Shown here one piece after another: positions 21,847 to 33,376 of a DNA stretch of 64,000 nt. This DNA comes from Eledone cirrhosa (lineage: Eukaryota): contig OZ024744.1 in assembly GCA_964016885.1 (NCBI GenBank), forward strand, positions 131,192,001 through 131,256,000. The letters are read 5' to 3'. The position numbers and the translations under genes were made by a program. The stretch's first letter is position 1, and every line of letters starts with the position of its first letter. Below the pieces are notes generated by a model, which was not told the DNA's origin, searched no databases, and worked only from the letters and a program-made list of their open reading frames with translations.

Positions 21847-24563
21847 GTCGGGGTTAAGTTAAGTTGGGGGTAAGTTAAGTTGGGATTAAGTTAAGTTGCG
21901 GTTAAGTTGGGGTTAAGTTAAGTTGGGGTTAAGTTAAGTCGGGGTAATTTAAGTCGGGGTTAAGTTAAGTTAGGGTTAAGTTAAGTTGGGGTTAAGTTAA
22001 AGTTGGGGTTGAGTTAAGTTGCGGTTGAGTTAAATTGGGGTTGAGTTAAGTTGGGGTTGAGTGAAGTTGGTGTTGAGTTAAGTTGGGGTTGAGTGAAGTT
22101 GGTGTTGAGTTAAGTTGGGGTTAAGTTAAGTTGGGGTTAAGTTATGTTGCGGTTAATTTAAGTTGAGGTTAAGTTAAGTTGGGGTTAACTTAAGTGTGGG
22201 TTAAGTTCAGTTGGGGTTAAGTTAAGTTGGGGTTGAGTTAAGTTGGGGTTGAGTTAAATTGGGGTTGAGTTAAGTTGGGGTTGAGTTAAGTTGGTGTTGA
22301 GTTAAGTTGGGGTTAAGTTAAGTTGGGGTTAAGTTAAGTTGCGGTTAAGTTAAGTTGAGGTTAAGTTAAGTTGGGGTTAACTTAAGTGTGGGTTAAGTTA
22401 AGTTGGGGTTAAGTTAAGTTGGGGTTAAGTTAAGTTGGTGTTAAGTTAAGTTGGGGCTGAGTTAAGTTGGGGCTGAGTTAAGTTGGGGCTGAGTTAAGTT
22501 GGGGTTCAGTTAAGTTGGGGTTGAGTTAAGTTGCGGTTAAGTTAAGTTGGGGTTAAGTTAAGTTGGGGTTATGTTAAGTTGGGGTTAAGGTAGGTTGGGG
22601 TTAAGTTAAGTTGGGGTTGAGTTAAGTTGGGGTTGAGTTAAATTGGGGTTGAGTTAAGTTGGGGTTGAGTTAAGTTGGTGTTGAGTTAAGTTGGGGTTAA
22701 GTTAAGTTGGGGTTAAGTTAAGTTGGGGTTAACTTAAGTGTGGGTTAAGTTAAGTTAAGGTTAAGTTAAGTTGGGGTTAAGTTAAGTTGGGGTTAAGTTA
22801 AGTTGGGGTTAAGTTAAGTTGGTGTTAAGTTAAGTTGGGGCTGAGTTAAGTTGGGGCTGAGTTAAGTTGGGGCTGAGTTAAGTTGGGGTTCAGTTAAGTT
22901 GAGGTTGAGTTAAGTTGCGGTTAAGTTAAGTTGGGGTTAAGTTAAGTTGGGGTTATGTTAAGTTGGGGTTTAGTTAAGTTGGGGTTCATTTAAGTTGGGG
23001 TTAAGTTAAGTTTAGGTTAAGTTGGGGTTAAATTAATTTGGGGTTAAGTTAAGTTGGGGTTAAGTTAAGTTGGGGTTAATTTAAGTTGGGGTTAATTTAA
23101 GTTGGGGTTAAGTTAAGTTGCGGGTAATTTAAGTTGGGGTTAAGTTAAGTTGGGGTTAAGTTAAGTTGGGGTTAAGTTAAGTTGGGGTTAAGTTAAGTTT
23201 GGGTTAAGTTAAGTTGGGGCTAATTTAAGTTGGGGCTGAGTTAAGTTGGGGTTAAGTTAAGTTGGGGTTATGTTAATTTGGGGTTAAGTTGGGGTTAAGT
23301 TAAGTTGGGGTTTATTTAAGTTGGGGTTAAGTTAAGTTGGGGTTCAGTTAAGTTGGGGTTCAGTTAAGTTGGGGTTAAGTTAAGTTGGGGTTAAGTTAAG
23401 TTGGTTAGTTAAGTTGAGGTTAAGTTAAGTTGGGGTTAAGTTAAGTTGGGGTTAAGTTAAGTTGGGGTTAATTTAAGTTGGGGCTAAGTTAAGTTGGGGC
23501 TAAGTTAAGTTGGAGCTAAGTTAAGTTGGGTTTAAGTTAAGGTGGGGTTAAGTTAAGTTGAGGTTAAGTTAAGTTGGGGTTAAGTTAAGTTGGTGTTAAG
23601 TTAAGTTGGGGCTGAGTTAAGTTGGGGCTGAGTTAAGTTGGGGCTGATTTAAGTTGGGGTTGAGTTAAGTTGGGGTTGAGTTAAGTTGCGGTTAAGTTAA
23701 GTTGGGGTTAAGTTAAGTTGGGGTTATGTTAAGTTGGGGTTAAGTTAAGTTGGGGTTAAGTTAAGTTGGGGTTGAGTTAAGTTGGGGTTGAGTTAAATTG
23801 GGGTTGAGTTAAGTTGGGGTTGAGTTAAGTTGGTGTTGAGTTAAGTTGGGATTAAGTTAAGTTGGGGTTAAGTTAAGTTGCGGTTAAGTTAAGGTGAGGT
23901 TAAGTTAAGTTGGGGTTAACTTAAGTTGGGGTTAAGTTAAGTTGGGGTTAAGTTAAGTTGGGGTTAAGTTAAGTTGGTGTTAAGTTAAGTTGGGGCTGAG
24001 TTAAGTTGGGGCTGAGTTAAGTTGGGGCTGAGTTAAGTTGGGGTTCAGTTAAGTTGGGGTTGAGTTAAGTTGCGGTTAATTTAAGTTGGGGTTAAGTTAA
24101 GTTGGGGTTCATTTAAGTTGGGGTTAAGTTAAGTTTGGGTTAAGTTGGGGTTAAATTAATTTGGGGTTAAGTTAAGTTGGGGTTAAGTTAAGTTGGGGTT
24201 AAGTTAAGTTGGGGTTAATTTAAGTTGGGGTTAATTTAAGTTGCGGGTAATTTAAGTTGGGGTTAAGTTAAGTTGGGGTTAAGTTAAGTTGGGGTTAAGT
24301 TAAGTTGGGGTTAAGTTAAGTTGGGGTTAAGTTAAGTTGGGGCTGAGTTAAGTTGGGGTTAATTTAAGTTGGGGTTAAGTTAAGTTGGGGTTAAGTTAAG
24401 TTGGGGTTTATTTAAGTTGGGGTTAAGTTAAGTTGGGGTTCAGTTAAGTTGGGGTTCAGTTAAGTTGGGGTTAAGTTAAGTTGGGGTTAAGATGGGGTTA
24501 AATTAAGTTTGGGTTAAGTTAAGTTGGGGTTAAGTTAAGTTGGGGTTAAGTTAAGTTGGGGTT

Positions 24564-24739
24564 AACCCCAACTTAACTTAACCGCAACTTCACTCAACCC
24601 CAACGTAACTCAGCCCCAACTTAACTTAACCCCAACTTCAATCAACCCCAACTTAACTTAACCCCAACTTCACTCAACCCCAACTTCCAACTTGACTTAA
24701 CCCCAACTTAACTTAGCCCCAACTTAACTTAAGCCCAAA
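24564..24739 (-). repeat. Inverted satellite island, class F (about 176 bp)
   Basis: Same markers as the 19679 island, including TTCAATCAA. Confidence 0.95.
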
Positions 24740-26139
24740 GTCGGGGTTAAGTTAAGTTGGCGTTAAGTTAAGTTAGGCTTAACTTAAGTTGGGGTTCAGT
24801 TAAGTTGGGGGTAAGTTAAGTTGGGGGTAAGTTAAGTTGGGGTTAAGTTAAGTTGCGGTTAAGTTGGGGTTAAGTTAAGTTAGGGTTAAGTTAAGTTGGG
24901 GTTGAGTTAAGTTGGGGTTAATTAAGTGGTGGTTATGTTAAGTTGGGGTTAAGTTAAGTTGGGGTTAATTTAAATTGGGGTTAAGTTAACTTTGTGGTTA
25001 AGTTAAGTTGGGGTTAAGTTAAGTTGGGGTAAAGTTGGGGTTGAGTTAAGTTGGGGTTGAGTGAAGTTGGGGTTAAGTTAAGTTGGGGTTAAGTTAAGTT
25101 GGGGTTAAGATAAGTCGGGGTTAAATTAAGTTGTGGTTGAGTTAAGTTGGGGTTAATTTAAGTTGGGGCTAAGTTAATTTGTGGTTAAGTTAAATTGGGG
25201 TTAAGTTAAGTTGGGGTTAAGTTAAGTCGGGGTAAGTTAAGTCGGGGTTAAGTTAAGTTAGGGTTAAGTTAAGTTGGGGTTAAGTTAAGTTGTGGTTGAG
25301 TTAAGTTGGGGTTGAGTTAAATTGGGGTTGAGTTAAGTTGGGGTTGAGTTAAGTTGGTGTTGAGTTAAGTTGGGGTTAAGTTAAGTTGGGGTTAAGTTAA
25401 GTTGCGGTTAAGTTAAGTTGGGGTTCAGTTAAGTTGGGGTTAAGTTAAGTTGGGGTTAAGTTAAGTTGGGGTTAAGTTAAGTTGGGGTTAAGTTAAGTTG
25501 GGTTTAAGTTAAGTTGGGGTTAAGTTAAGTTGGGGTCAAGTTAAGTTGGGGTTAAGTTAAGTTGGTTAGTTAAGTTGAGTTTAAGTTAAGTTGGGGTTAA
25601 TTTATGTTGGGGTTAAGTTAAGTTGGGGTTAAGTTAAGTTGGGGTTAATTTAAGTTGGGGTTAAGTTAAGTTGCGGGTAATTTAAGTTGGGGTTAAGTTA
25701 AGTTGGGGTTAAGTTAAGTTGGGGTTATGTTAAGTTGGGGTTAAGTTAAGTTGGGGTTAAGTTAAGTTGGGGCTAAGTTAAGTTGGGGCTGAGTTAAGTT
25801 GGGGTTAAGTTAAGTTGGGGTTAAGTTAAGTTGGGGATAAGTTAAGTTGGGGTTAAGTTAAGTTGGGGTTTATTTAAGTTGGGGTTAATTTAAGTTGGGG
25901 TTCAGTTAAGTTGGGGTTAAGTTAAGTTGGGGTTAAGTTAAGTTGGGGTTAAGTTAAGTTGGGTTTAAGTTAAGTTGGGGTTAAGTTAAGTTGGGGTCAA
26001 GTTAAGTTGGGGTTAAGTTAAGTTGGTTAGTTAAGTTGAGTTTAAGTTAAGTTGGGGTTAATTTATGTTGGGGTTAAGTTAAGTTGGGGTTAAGTTAAGT
26101 TGGGGTTAAGTTAAGTTGGGGTTAAGTTAAGTTGGGGTT

Positions 26140-26340
26140 AACCCCAACTTAACTTAACCCCAACTTCACTCAACCCCAACGTAACTCAACCCCAACTTAA
26201 CTTAACCCCAACTTCACTCAACCCCAACTTAACTTAACCCCAACTTCACTCAACCCCAACTTAAGTCAACCCCAACTTAACTTAACCCCAACTTGACTTA
26301 ACCCCAACTTAGCTTAGCACCAACTTAACTTAAGCCCAAA
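26140..26340 (-). repeat. Inverted satellite island, class D (about 201 bp)
   Basis: CAACGTAAC and TAGCACCAAC markers; ends in AAAGCCGGGG. Confidence 0.95.
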
Positions 26341-29300
26341 GCCGGGGTTAAGTTAAGTTGGCGTTAAGTTAAGTTAGGCTTAACTTAAGTTGGGGTTCAG
26401 TTAAGTTGGGGGTAAGTTAAGTTGGGGGTAAGTTAAGTTGGGGTTAAGTTAAGTTGCGTTTAAGTTGGGGTTAAGTTAAGTTAGGGTTAAGTTAAGTTGG
26501 GGTTAAGTTAAGTTGGGGTTAATTTAAATTGGGGTTAAGTTAACTTTGTGGTTAAGTTAAGTTGGGGTTAAGTTAAGTTGGGGTTAAGTTGGGGTTAATT
26601 TAAGTTGGGGCTAAGTTAATTTGTGGTTAAGTTAAGTTGGGGTTAAGTTAAGTTGGGGTTAAGTTAAGTTGGGGTTGAGTTAAGTTGGGGTTGAGTTAAT
26701 TTGGGGTTAAATTAAGTTGGGGTTAAGTTAAGTTGGGGGTAAGTTAAGTTGGGGCTAAGTTAAGTTGGGGTTAAATTAAGTTGGAGTTACGTTAAGTTGG
26801 TGTTAAGTTAAGTTGGGGTTAATTTAAGTTGGGGTTAATTAAGTTGGGGTTAAGTTAAGTTGGGGTTAAGTTAAGTTTGGGTTTATTTAAGTTGGGGTTA
26901 AGTTAAGTTGGGGTTCAGTTAAGTTGGGGTTCAGTTAAGTTGGGGTTAAGTTAAGTTGGGGTTAAGATGGGGTTAAATTAAGTTGGGGTTAAGTTAAGTT
27001 GGGGTTAAGTTGAGTTGGGGTTAAGTTAAGTTGGGGTTAAGTTAAGTCGGGGTTAAGTTAAGTCGGGGTTAAGTTAAGTTAGGGTTCAGTTAAGTTGGGG
27101 TTAAGTTAAGTTGGGGTTGAGTTAAGTTGGGGTTGAGTTAAATTGGTGTTGAGTTAAGTTGGGGTTAAGTTAAGTTGGGGTTAAGTTAAGTTGCAGTTAA
27201 GTTAAGTTGAGGTTAAGTTAAGGTGCGGTTAAGTTAAGTTGGGGTTAAGTTAAGTTGGGGCTAAGTTAAGTTGGGGCTAAGTTAAGTTGGGGCTAAGTTA
27301 CGTTGGGGTTAGGTTAAGTTGGGGTTAAGTTAAGTCGGGGTCAAGTTAAGTTGGCGTTAAGTTAAGTTGGGGTTAATTTAAGTTGGGGTTAAGTTAAGTT
27401 GGGGTTAATTTAAGTTGGGGTTAAGTTAAGTTGCGGGTAATTTAAGTTGGGGTTAAGTTAAGTTGGGGTTAAGTTAAGTTGGGGTTATGTTAAGTTGGGG
27501 TTAAGTTAAGTTGGGGTTAAGTTAAGTTGGGGCTAAGTTAAGTTGGGGCTGAGTTAAGTTGGGGTTAAGTTAAGTTGGGGATAAGTTAAGTTGGGGTTAA
27601 GTTAAGTTGGGGTTTATTTAAGTTGGGGTTAATTTAAGTTGGGGTTCAGTTAAGTTGGGGTTCAGTTAAGTTGGGGTTAAGTTAAGTTGGGGTTTATTTA
27701 AGTTGGGGTTAATTTAAGTCGGGGTTAAGTTAAGTCGGGGTTAAGTTAAGATAGGGTTAAGTTAAGTTGGGGTTAAGTTAAGTTGGGGTTGTGTTAAGTT
27801 GGGGTTGAGTTAAATTGGGGTTGAGTTAAGTTGGGGTAAAGTTAAGTTGGTGTTGAGTTAAGTTGGGGTTAAGTTAAGTTGGGGTTAATTTAAGTTGCAG
27901 TTAAGTTAAGTTGAGGTTAAGTTAAGGTGGGGTTAAGTTAAGTTGGGGTTAATTTAAGTTGGGGCTAAGCTAAGTTGGGGCTAATTTAAGTTGGGGCTAA
28001 GTTAAGTTGGGGTTAAGTTAGGTTGGGGTATATTAAGTTGGGGTTAAGTTAAGTTGGGGTTAAGTTAAGTTGGGGTTAAATTAAGTTGGTGTTAAGTTAA
28101 GTTGGGGCTGAGTTAAGTTGGGGCTGAGTTAAGTTGGGGCTGAGTTAAGTTGGGGTTAAGATAAGTTGGGGTTGAGTTAAGTTGGGGTTAAGTTAAGTTG
28201 GGGTTAAGTTAAGTTGGGGTTAAGTTGGGGTTAAGTTAAGTTAGGTTAAAGTTAAGTTGGGTTTAAGTTAAGTTGGGGTTAAGTTAAGTTGGGGTTAAGT
28301 TAAGTTGGGTTTAAGTTAAGTTGGGGTTAAGTTAAGTTGGGGTTAAGTTAAGTCGGGGTTAAGTTAAGTTGGGTTTAAGTTAAGTTGGGGTTAAGTTAAG
28401 TTGGGGTTAAGTTAAGTTGGGGTTAAGTTAAGTTGGTTAGTTAAGTTGAGTTTAAGTTAAGTTGGGGTTAATTTAAGTCGGGGTTAAGTTAAGTTAGGGT
28501 TAAGTTAAGTTGGGGTTGAGTTAAGTTGGGGTTGAGTTAAATTGGGGTTGAGTTAAGTTGGGGTTGAGTTAAGTTGGTGTTGAGTTAAGTTGGGGTTAAG
28601 TTAAGTTGGGGTTAAGTTAAGTGGTGGTTAAGTTAAGTTGAGGTTAATTAAGTTGGGGTTAAGTTAAGTTGGGGTTTATTTAAGTTGGGGTTAAGTTAAG
28701 TTGGGGTTCAGTTAAGTTGGGGTTCAGTTAAGTTGGGGTTAAGTTAAGTTGGGGTTAAGATGGGGTTAAATTAAGTTGGGGTTAAGTTAAGTTGGGGTTA
28801 AGTTAAGTTGGGGTTAAATTAAGTTGGGGTTAAGTTAAATCGGGGTTAAGTTAAGTCGGGGTTAAGTTAAGTTAGGGTTCAGTTAAGTTGGGGTTAAGTT
28901 AAGTTGGGGTTGAGTTAAGTTGGGGTTGAGTTAAATTGGGGTTGAGTTAAGTTGGGGTTGAGTTAAATTGGGGTTAAGTTAAGTTGGGGTTAAGTTAAGT
29001 TGGGGCTAAGTTAAGTTGGGGCTGAGTTAAGTTGGGGTTAAGTTAAGTTGGGGTTAAGTTAAGTTGGGGATAAGTTAAGTTGGGGTTAAGTTAAGTTGGG
29101 GTTTATTTAAGTTGGGGTTAATTTAAGTTGCAGTTAAGTTAAGTTGAGGTTAAGTTAAGGTGCGGTTAAGTTAAGTTGGGGTTAAGTTAAGTTGGGGCTA
29201 AGTTAAGTTGGGGCTAAGTTAAGTTGGGGCTAAGTTAAGTTGGGGTTAGGTTAAGTTGGGGTTAAGTTAAGTCGGGGATAAGTTAAGTTGGCGTTAAGTT

Positions 29301-30297
29301 AAGTTGGGGTTAATTTAAGTTGGGGTTAAGTTAAGTTGGGGTTAATTTAAGTTGGGGTTAAGTTAAGTTGCGGGTAATTTAAGTTGGGGTTAAGTTAAGT
29401 TGGGGTTAAGTTAAGTTGGGGTTATGTTAAGTTGGGGTTAAGTTAAGTTGGGGTTAAGTAAAGTTGGGGCTAAGTTAAGTTGGGGCTGAGTTAAGTTGGG
29501 GTTAAGTTAAGTTGGGGTTAAGTTAAGTTGGGGATAAGTTAAGTTGGGGTTAAGTTAAGTTGGGGTTTATTTAAGTTGGGGTTAATTTAAGTTGGGGTTC
29601 AGTTAAGTTGGGGTTAAGTTAAGTTGGGGTTAAGTTAAGTTGGGGTTAAGTTAAGTTGGGGTTAAGTTAAGTTGGGTTTAAGTTAAGTTGGGGTTAAGTT
29701 AAGTTGGGGTCAAGTTAAGTTGGGGTTAAGTTAAGTTGGTTAGTTAAGTTGAGTTTAAGTTAAGTTGGGGTTAATTTATGTTGGGGTTAAGTTAAGTTGG
29801 GGTTAAGTTAAGTTGGGGTTAATTTAAGTTGGGGTTAAGTTAAGTTGCGGGTAATTTAAGTTGGGGTTAAGTTAAGTTGGGGTTAAGTTAAGTTGGGGTT
29901 ATGTTAAGTTGGGGTTAAGTTAAGTTGGGGTTAAGTTAAGTTGGGGCTAAGTTAAGTTGGGGCTGAGTTAAGTTGGGGTTAAGTTAAGTTGGGGTTAAGT
30001 TAAGTTGGGGATAAGTTAAGTTGGGGTTAAGTTAAGTTGGGGTTTATTTAAGTTGGGGTTAATTTAAGTTGGGGTTCAGTTAAGTTGGGGTTAAGTTAAG
30101 TTGGGGTTAAGTTAAGTTGGGGTTAAGTTAAGTTGGGGTTAAGTTAAGTTGGGTTTAAGTTAAGTTGGGGTTAAGTTAAGTTGGGGTCAAGTTAAGTTGG
30201 GGTTAAGTTAAGTTGGTTAGTTAAGTTGAGTTTAAGTTAAGTTGGGGTTAATTTATGTTGGGGTTAAGTTAAGTTGGGGTTAAGTTAAGTTGGGGTT

Positions 30298-30482
30298 AAC
30301 CCCAACTTCACTCAACCCCAACGTAACTCAACCCCAACTTAACTTAACCCCAACTTCACTTAACCCCAACTTAACTTAACCCCAACTTCACTCAACCCCA
30401 ACTTAAGTCAACCCCAACTTAACTTAACCCCAACTTGACTTAATCCCAACTTAACTTAGCACCAACTTAACTTAAGCCCAAA
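30298..30482 (-). repeat. Inverted satellite island, class D (about 185 bp)
   Basis: Class D markers; lacks the first 16-bp unit. Confidence 0.95.
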
Positions 30483-33175
30483 GCCGGGGTTAAGTTAAGT
30501 TGGCGTTAAGTTAAGTTAGGCTTAACTTAAGTTGGGGTTCAGTTAAGTTGGGGGTAAGTTAAGTTGGGGGTAAGTTAAGTTGGGGTTAAGTTAAGTTGCG
30601 TTTAAGTTGGGGTTAAGTTAAGTTAGGGTTAAGTTAAGTTGGGGTTAAGTTAAGTTGGGGTTAATTTAAATTGGGGTTAAGTTAACTTTGTGGTTAAGTT
30701 AAGTTGGGGTTAAGTTAAGTTGGGGTTAAGTTGGGGTTAATTTAAGTTGGGGCTAAGTTAATTTGTGGTTAAGTTAAGTTGGGGTTAAGTTAAGTTGGGG
30801 TTGAGTTAAGTTGGGGTTGAGTTAATTTGGGGTTAAATTAAGTTGGGGTTAAGTTAAGTTGGGGGTAAGTTAAGTTGGGGCTAAGTTAAGTTGGGGTTAA
30901 ATTAAGTTGGGGTTACGTTAAGTTGGTGTTAAGTTAAGTTGGGGTTTATTTAAGTTGGGGTTAAGTTAAGTTGGGGTTCAGTTAAGTTGGGGTTAAGTTA
31001 AGTTGGGGTTAAGATGGGGTTAAATTAAGTTGGGGTTAAGTTAAGTTGGGGTTAAGTTGAGTTGGGGTTAAGTTAAGTTGGGGTTAAGTTAAGTCGGGGT
31101 TAAGTTAAGTTAGGGTTCAGTTAAGTTGGGGTTAAGTTAAGTTGGGGTTGAGTTAAGTTGGGGTTGAGTTAAATTGGTGTTGAGTTAAGTTGGGGTTAAG
31201 TTAAGTTGGGGTTAAGTTAAGTTGCAGTTAAGTTAAGTTGAGGTTAAGTTAAGGTGCGGTTAACTTAAGTTGGGGTTAAGTTAAGTTGGGGCTAAGTTAA
31301 GTTGGGGCTAAGTTAAGTTGGGGCTAAGTTACGTTGGGGTTAGGTTAAGTTGGGGTTAAGTTAAGTCGGGGTTAAGTTAAGTTGGCGTTAAGTTAAGTTG
31401 GGGTTAATTTAAGTTGGGGTTAGGTTAAGTTGGGGTTAATTTAAGTTGGGGTTAAGTTAAGTTGCGGGTAATTTAAGTTGGGGTTAAGTTAAGTTGGGGT
31501 TAAGTTAAGTTGGGGTTAAGTTAAGTTGGGGTTAAGTTAAGTTGGGGATAAGTTAAGTTGGGGTTAAGTTAAGTTGGGGTTTATTTAAGTTGGGGTTAAT
31601 TTAAGTTGGGGTTCAGTTAAGTTGGGGTTCAGTTAAGTTGGGGTTAAGTTAAGTTGGGGTTTATTTAAGTTGGGGTTAATTTAAGTCGGGGTTAAGTTAA
31701 GTCGGGGTTAAGTTAAGATAGGGTTAAGTTAAGTTGGGGTTAAGTTAAGTTGGGGTTGTGTTAAGTTGGGGTTGAGTTAAATTGGGGTTGAGTTAAGTTG
31801 GGGTTGAGTTAAGTTGGTGTTGAGTTAAGTTGGGGTTAAGTTAAGTTGGGGTTAATTTAAGTTGCAGTTAAGTTAAGTTGAGGTTAAGTTAAGGTGGGGT
31901 TAAGTTAAGTTGGGGTTAATTTAAGTTGGGGCTAAGCTAAGTTGGGGCTAATTTAAGTTGGGGCTAAGTTAAGTTGGGGTTAAGTTAGGTTGGGGTATAT
32001 TAAGTTGGGGTTAAGTTAAGTTGGGGTTAAGTTAAGTTGGGGTTAAATTAAGTTGGTGTTAAGTTAAGTTGGGGCTGAGTTAAGTTGGGGCTGAGTTAAG
32101 TTGGGGCTGAGTTAAGTTGGGGTTAAGATAAGTTGGGGTTGAGTTAAGTTGGGGTTAAGTTAAGTTGGGGTTAAGTTAAGTTGGGGTTAAGTTGGGGTTA
32201 AGTTAAGTTAGGTTTAAGTTAAGTTGGGTTTAAGTTAAGTTGGGGTTAAGTTAAGTTGGGGTTAAGTTAAGTTGGGTTTAAGTTAAGTTGGGGTTAAGTT
32301 AAGTTGGGGTTAAGTTAAGTCGGGGTTAAGTTAAGTTGGGTTTAAGTTAAGTTGGGGTTAAGTTAAGTTGGGGTTAAGTTAAGTTGGGGTTAAGTTAAGT
32401 TGGTTAGTTAAGTTGAGTTTAAGTTAAGTTGGGGTTAATTTAAGTCGGCGTTAAGTTAAGTTAGGGTTAAGTTAAGTTGGGGTTGAGTTAAGTTGGGGTT
32501 GAGTTAAATTGAGGTTGAGTTAAGTTGGGGTTGAGTTAAGTTGGTGTTGAGTTAAGTTGGGGTTAAGTTAAGTTGGGGTTAAGTTAAGTGGTGGTTAAGT
32601 TAAGTTGAGGTTAAGTTAAGTTGGGGTTAAGTTAAGTTGGGGTTAATTTAAGTTGGGGCTAAGTTAAGTTGGGGTTAAGTTAACTTGCGGGTAATTTAAG
32701 TTGGGGTTAAGTTAAGTTGGGGTTAAGTTAAGTTGGGGTTAAGTTAAGTTTGGGTTAAGTTAAGTTGGGGTTGAGTTAAATTGGGGTTAAGTTAAGTTGG
32801 GGTTAAGTTAAGTTGGGGTTTATTTAAGTTGGGGTTAAGTTAAGTTGGGGTTCAGTTAAGTTGGGGTTCAGTTAAGTTGGGGTTAAGTTAAGTTGGGGTT
32901 AAGATGGGGTTAAATTAAGTTGGGGTTAAGTTAAGTTGGTTAGTTAAGTTGAGGTTAAGTTAAGTTGGGCTTAAGTTAAGTTGGGGTTAATTTAAGTTGG
33001 GGTTAAGTTAAGTTGGGGTTCAGTTAAGTTGGGGTTAAGTCAAGTTGGGGTTAAGTTGGGGTTAAATTAAGTTGGGGTTAAGTTAAGTTGGGGTCAAGTT
33101 AAGTTAGGGTTAAGTTAAGTTGGGGTTAAGTTAAGTTGGGGTTAAGTTAATTTGTGGTTAAGTTAAGTTGGGGTT

Positions 33176-33376
33176 AACCCCAACTTAACTTAACCCCAAC
33201 TTCACTCAAACCCAACTTAACTCAACCCCAACTTAACTTAACCCCAGCTTCACTCAACCCCAACTTAACTTAACCCCAACTTCACTCAACCCCAACTTAA
33301 CTCAACCCCAACTTAACTTAACCCCAACTTGACTTAACCCCAACTTAACTTAACCCCAACTTAACTTAACCCCAAA
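33176..33376 (-). repeat. Inverted satellite island, class E (about 201 bp)
   Basis: CTCAAACCC and CAGCTTCAC markers; ends in AAAGTCGGGG. Confidence 0.95.

Larger units (their letters stand above)
15250..25390 (+). repeat. Tandem duplication, about 4.85-kb period (islands E-F, E-F)
   Basis: E islands at 16806/21646 (+4840) and F islands at 19679/24564 (+4885) share private variants (ACCCAAAC, TTCAATCAA); flank marker GGGGATATG...GGGGATGAG at about 15580 and 20870. Boundaries approximate. Confidence 0.8.
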
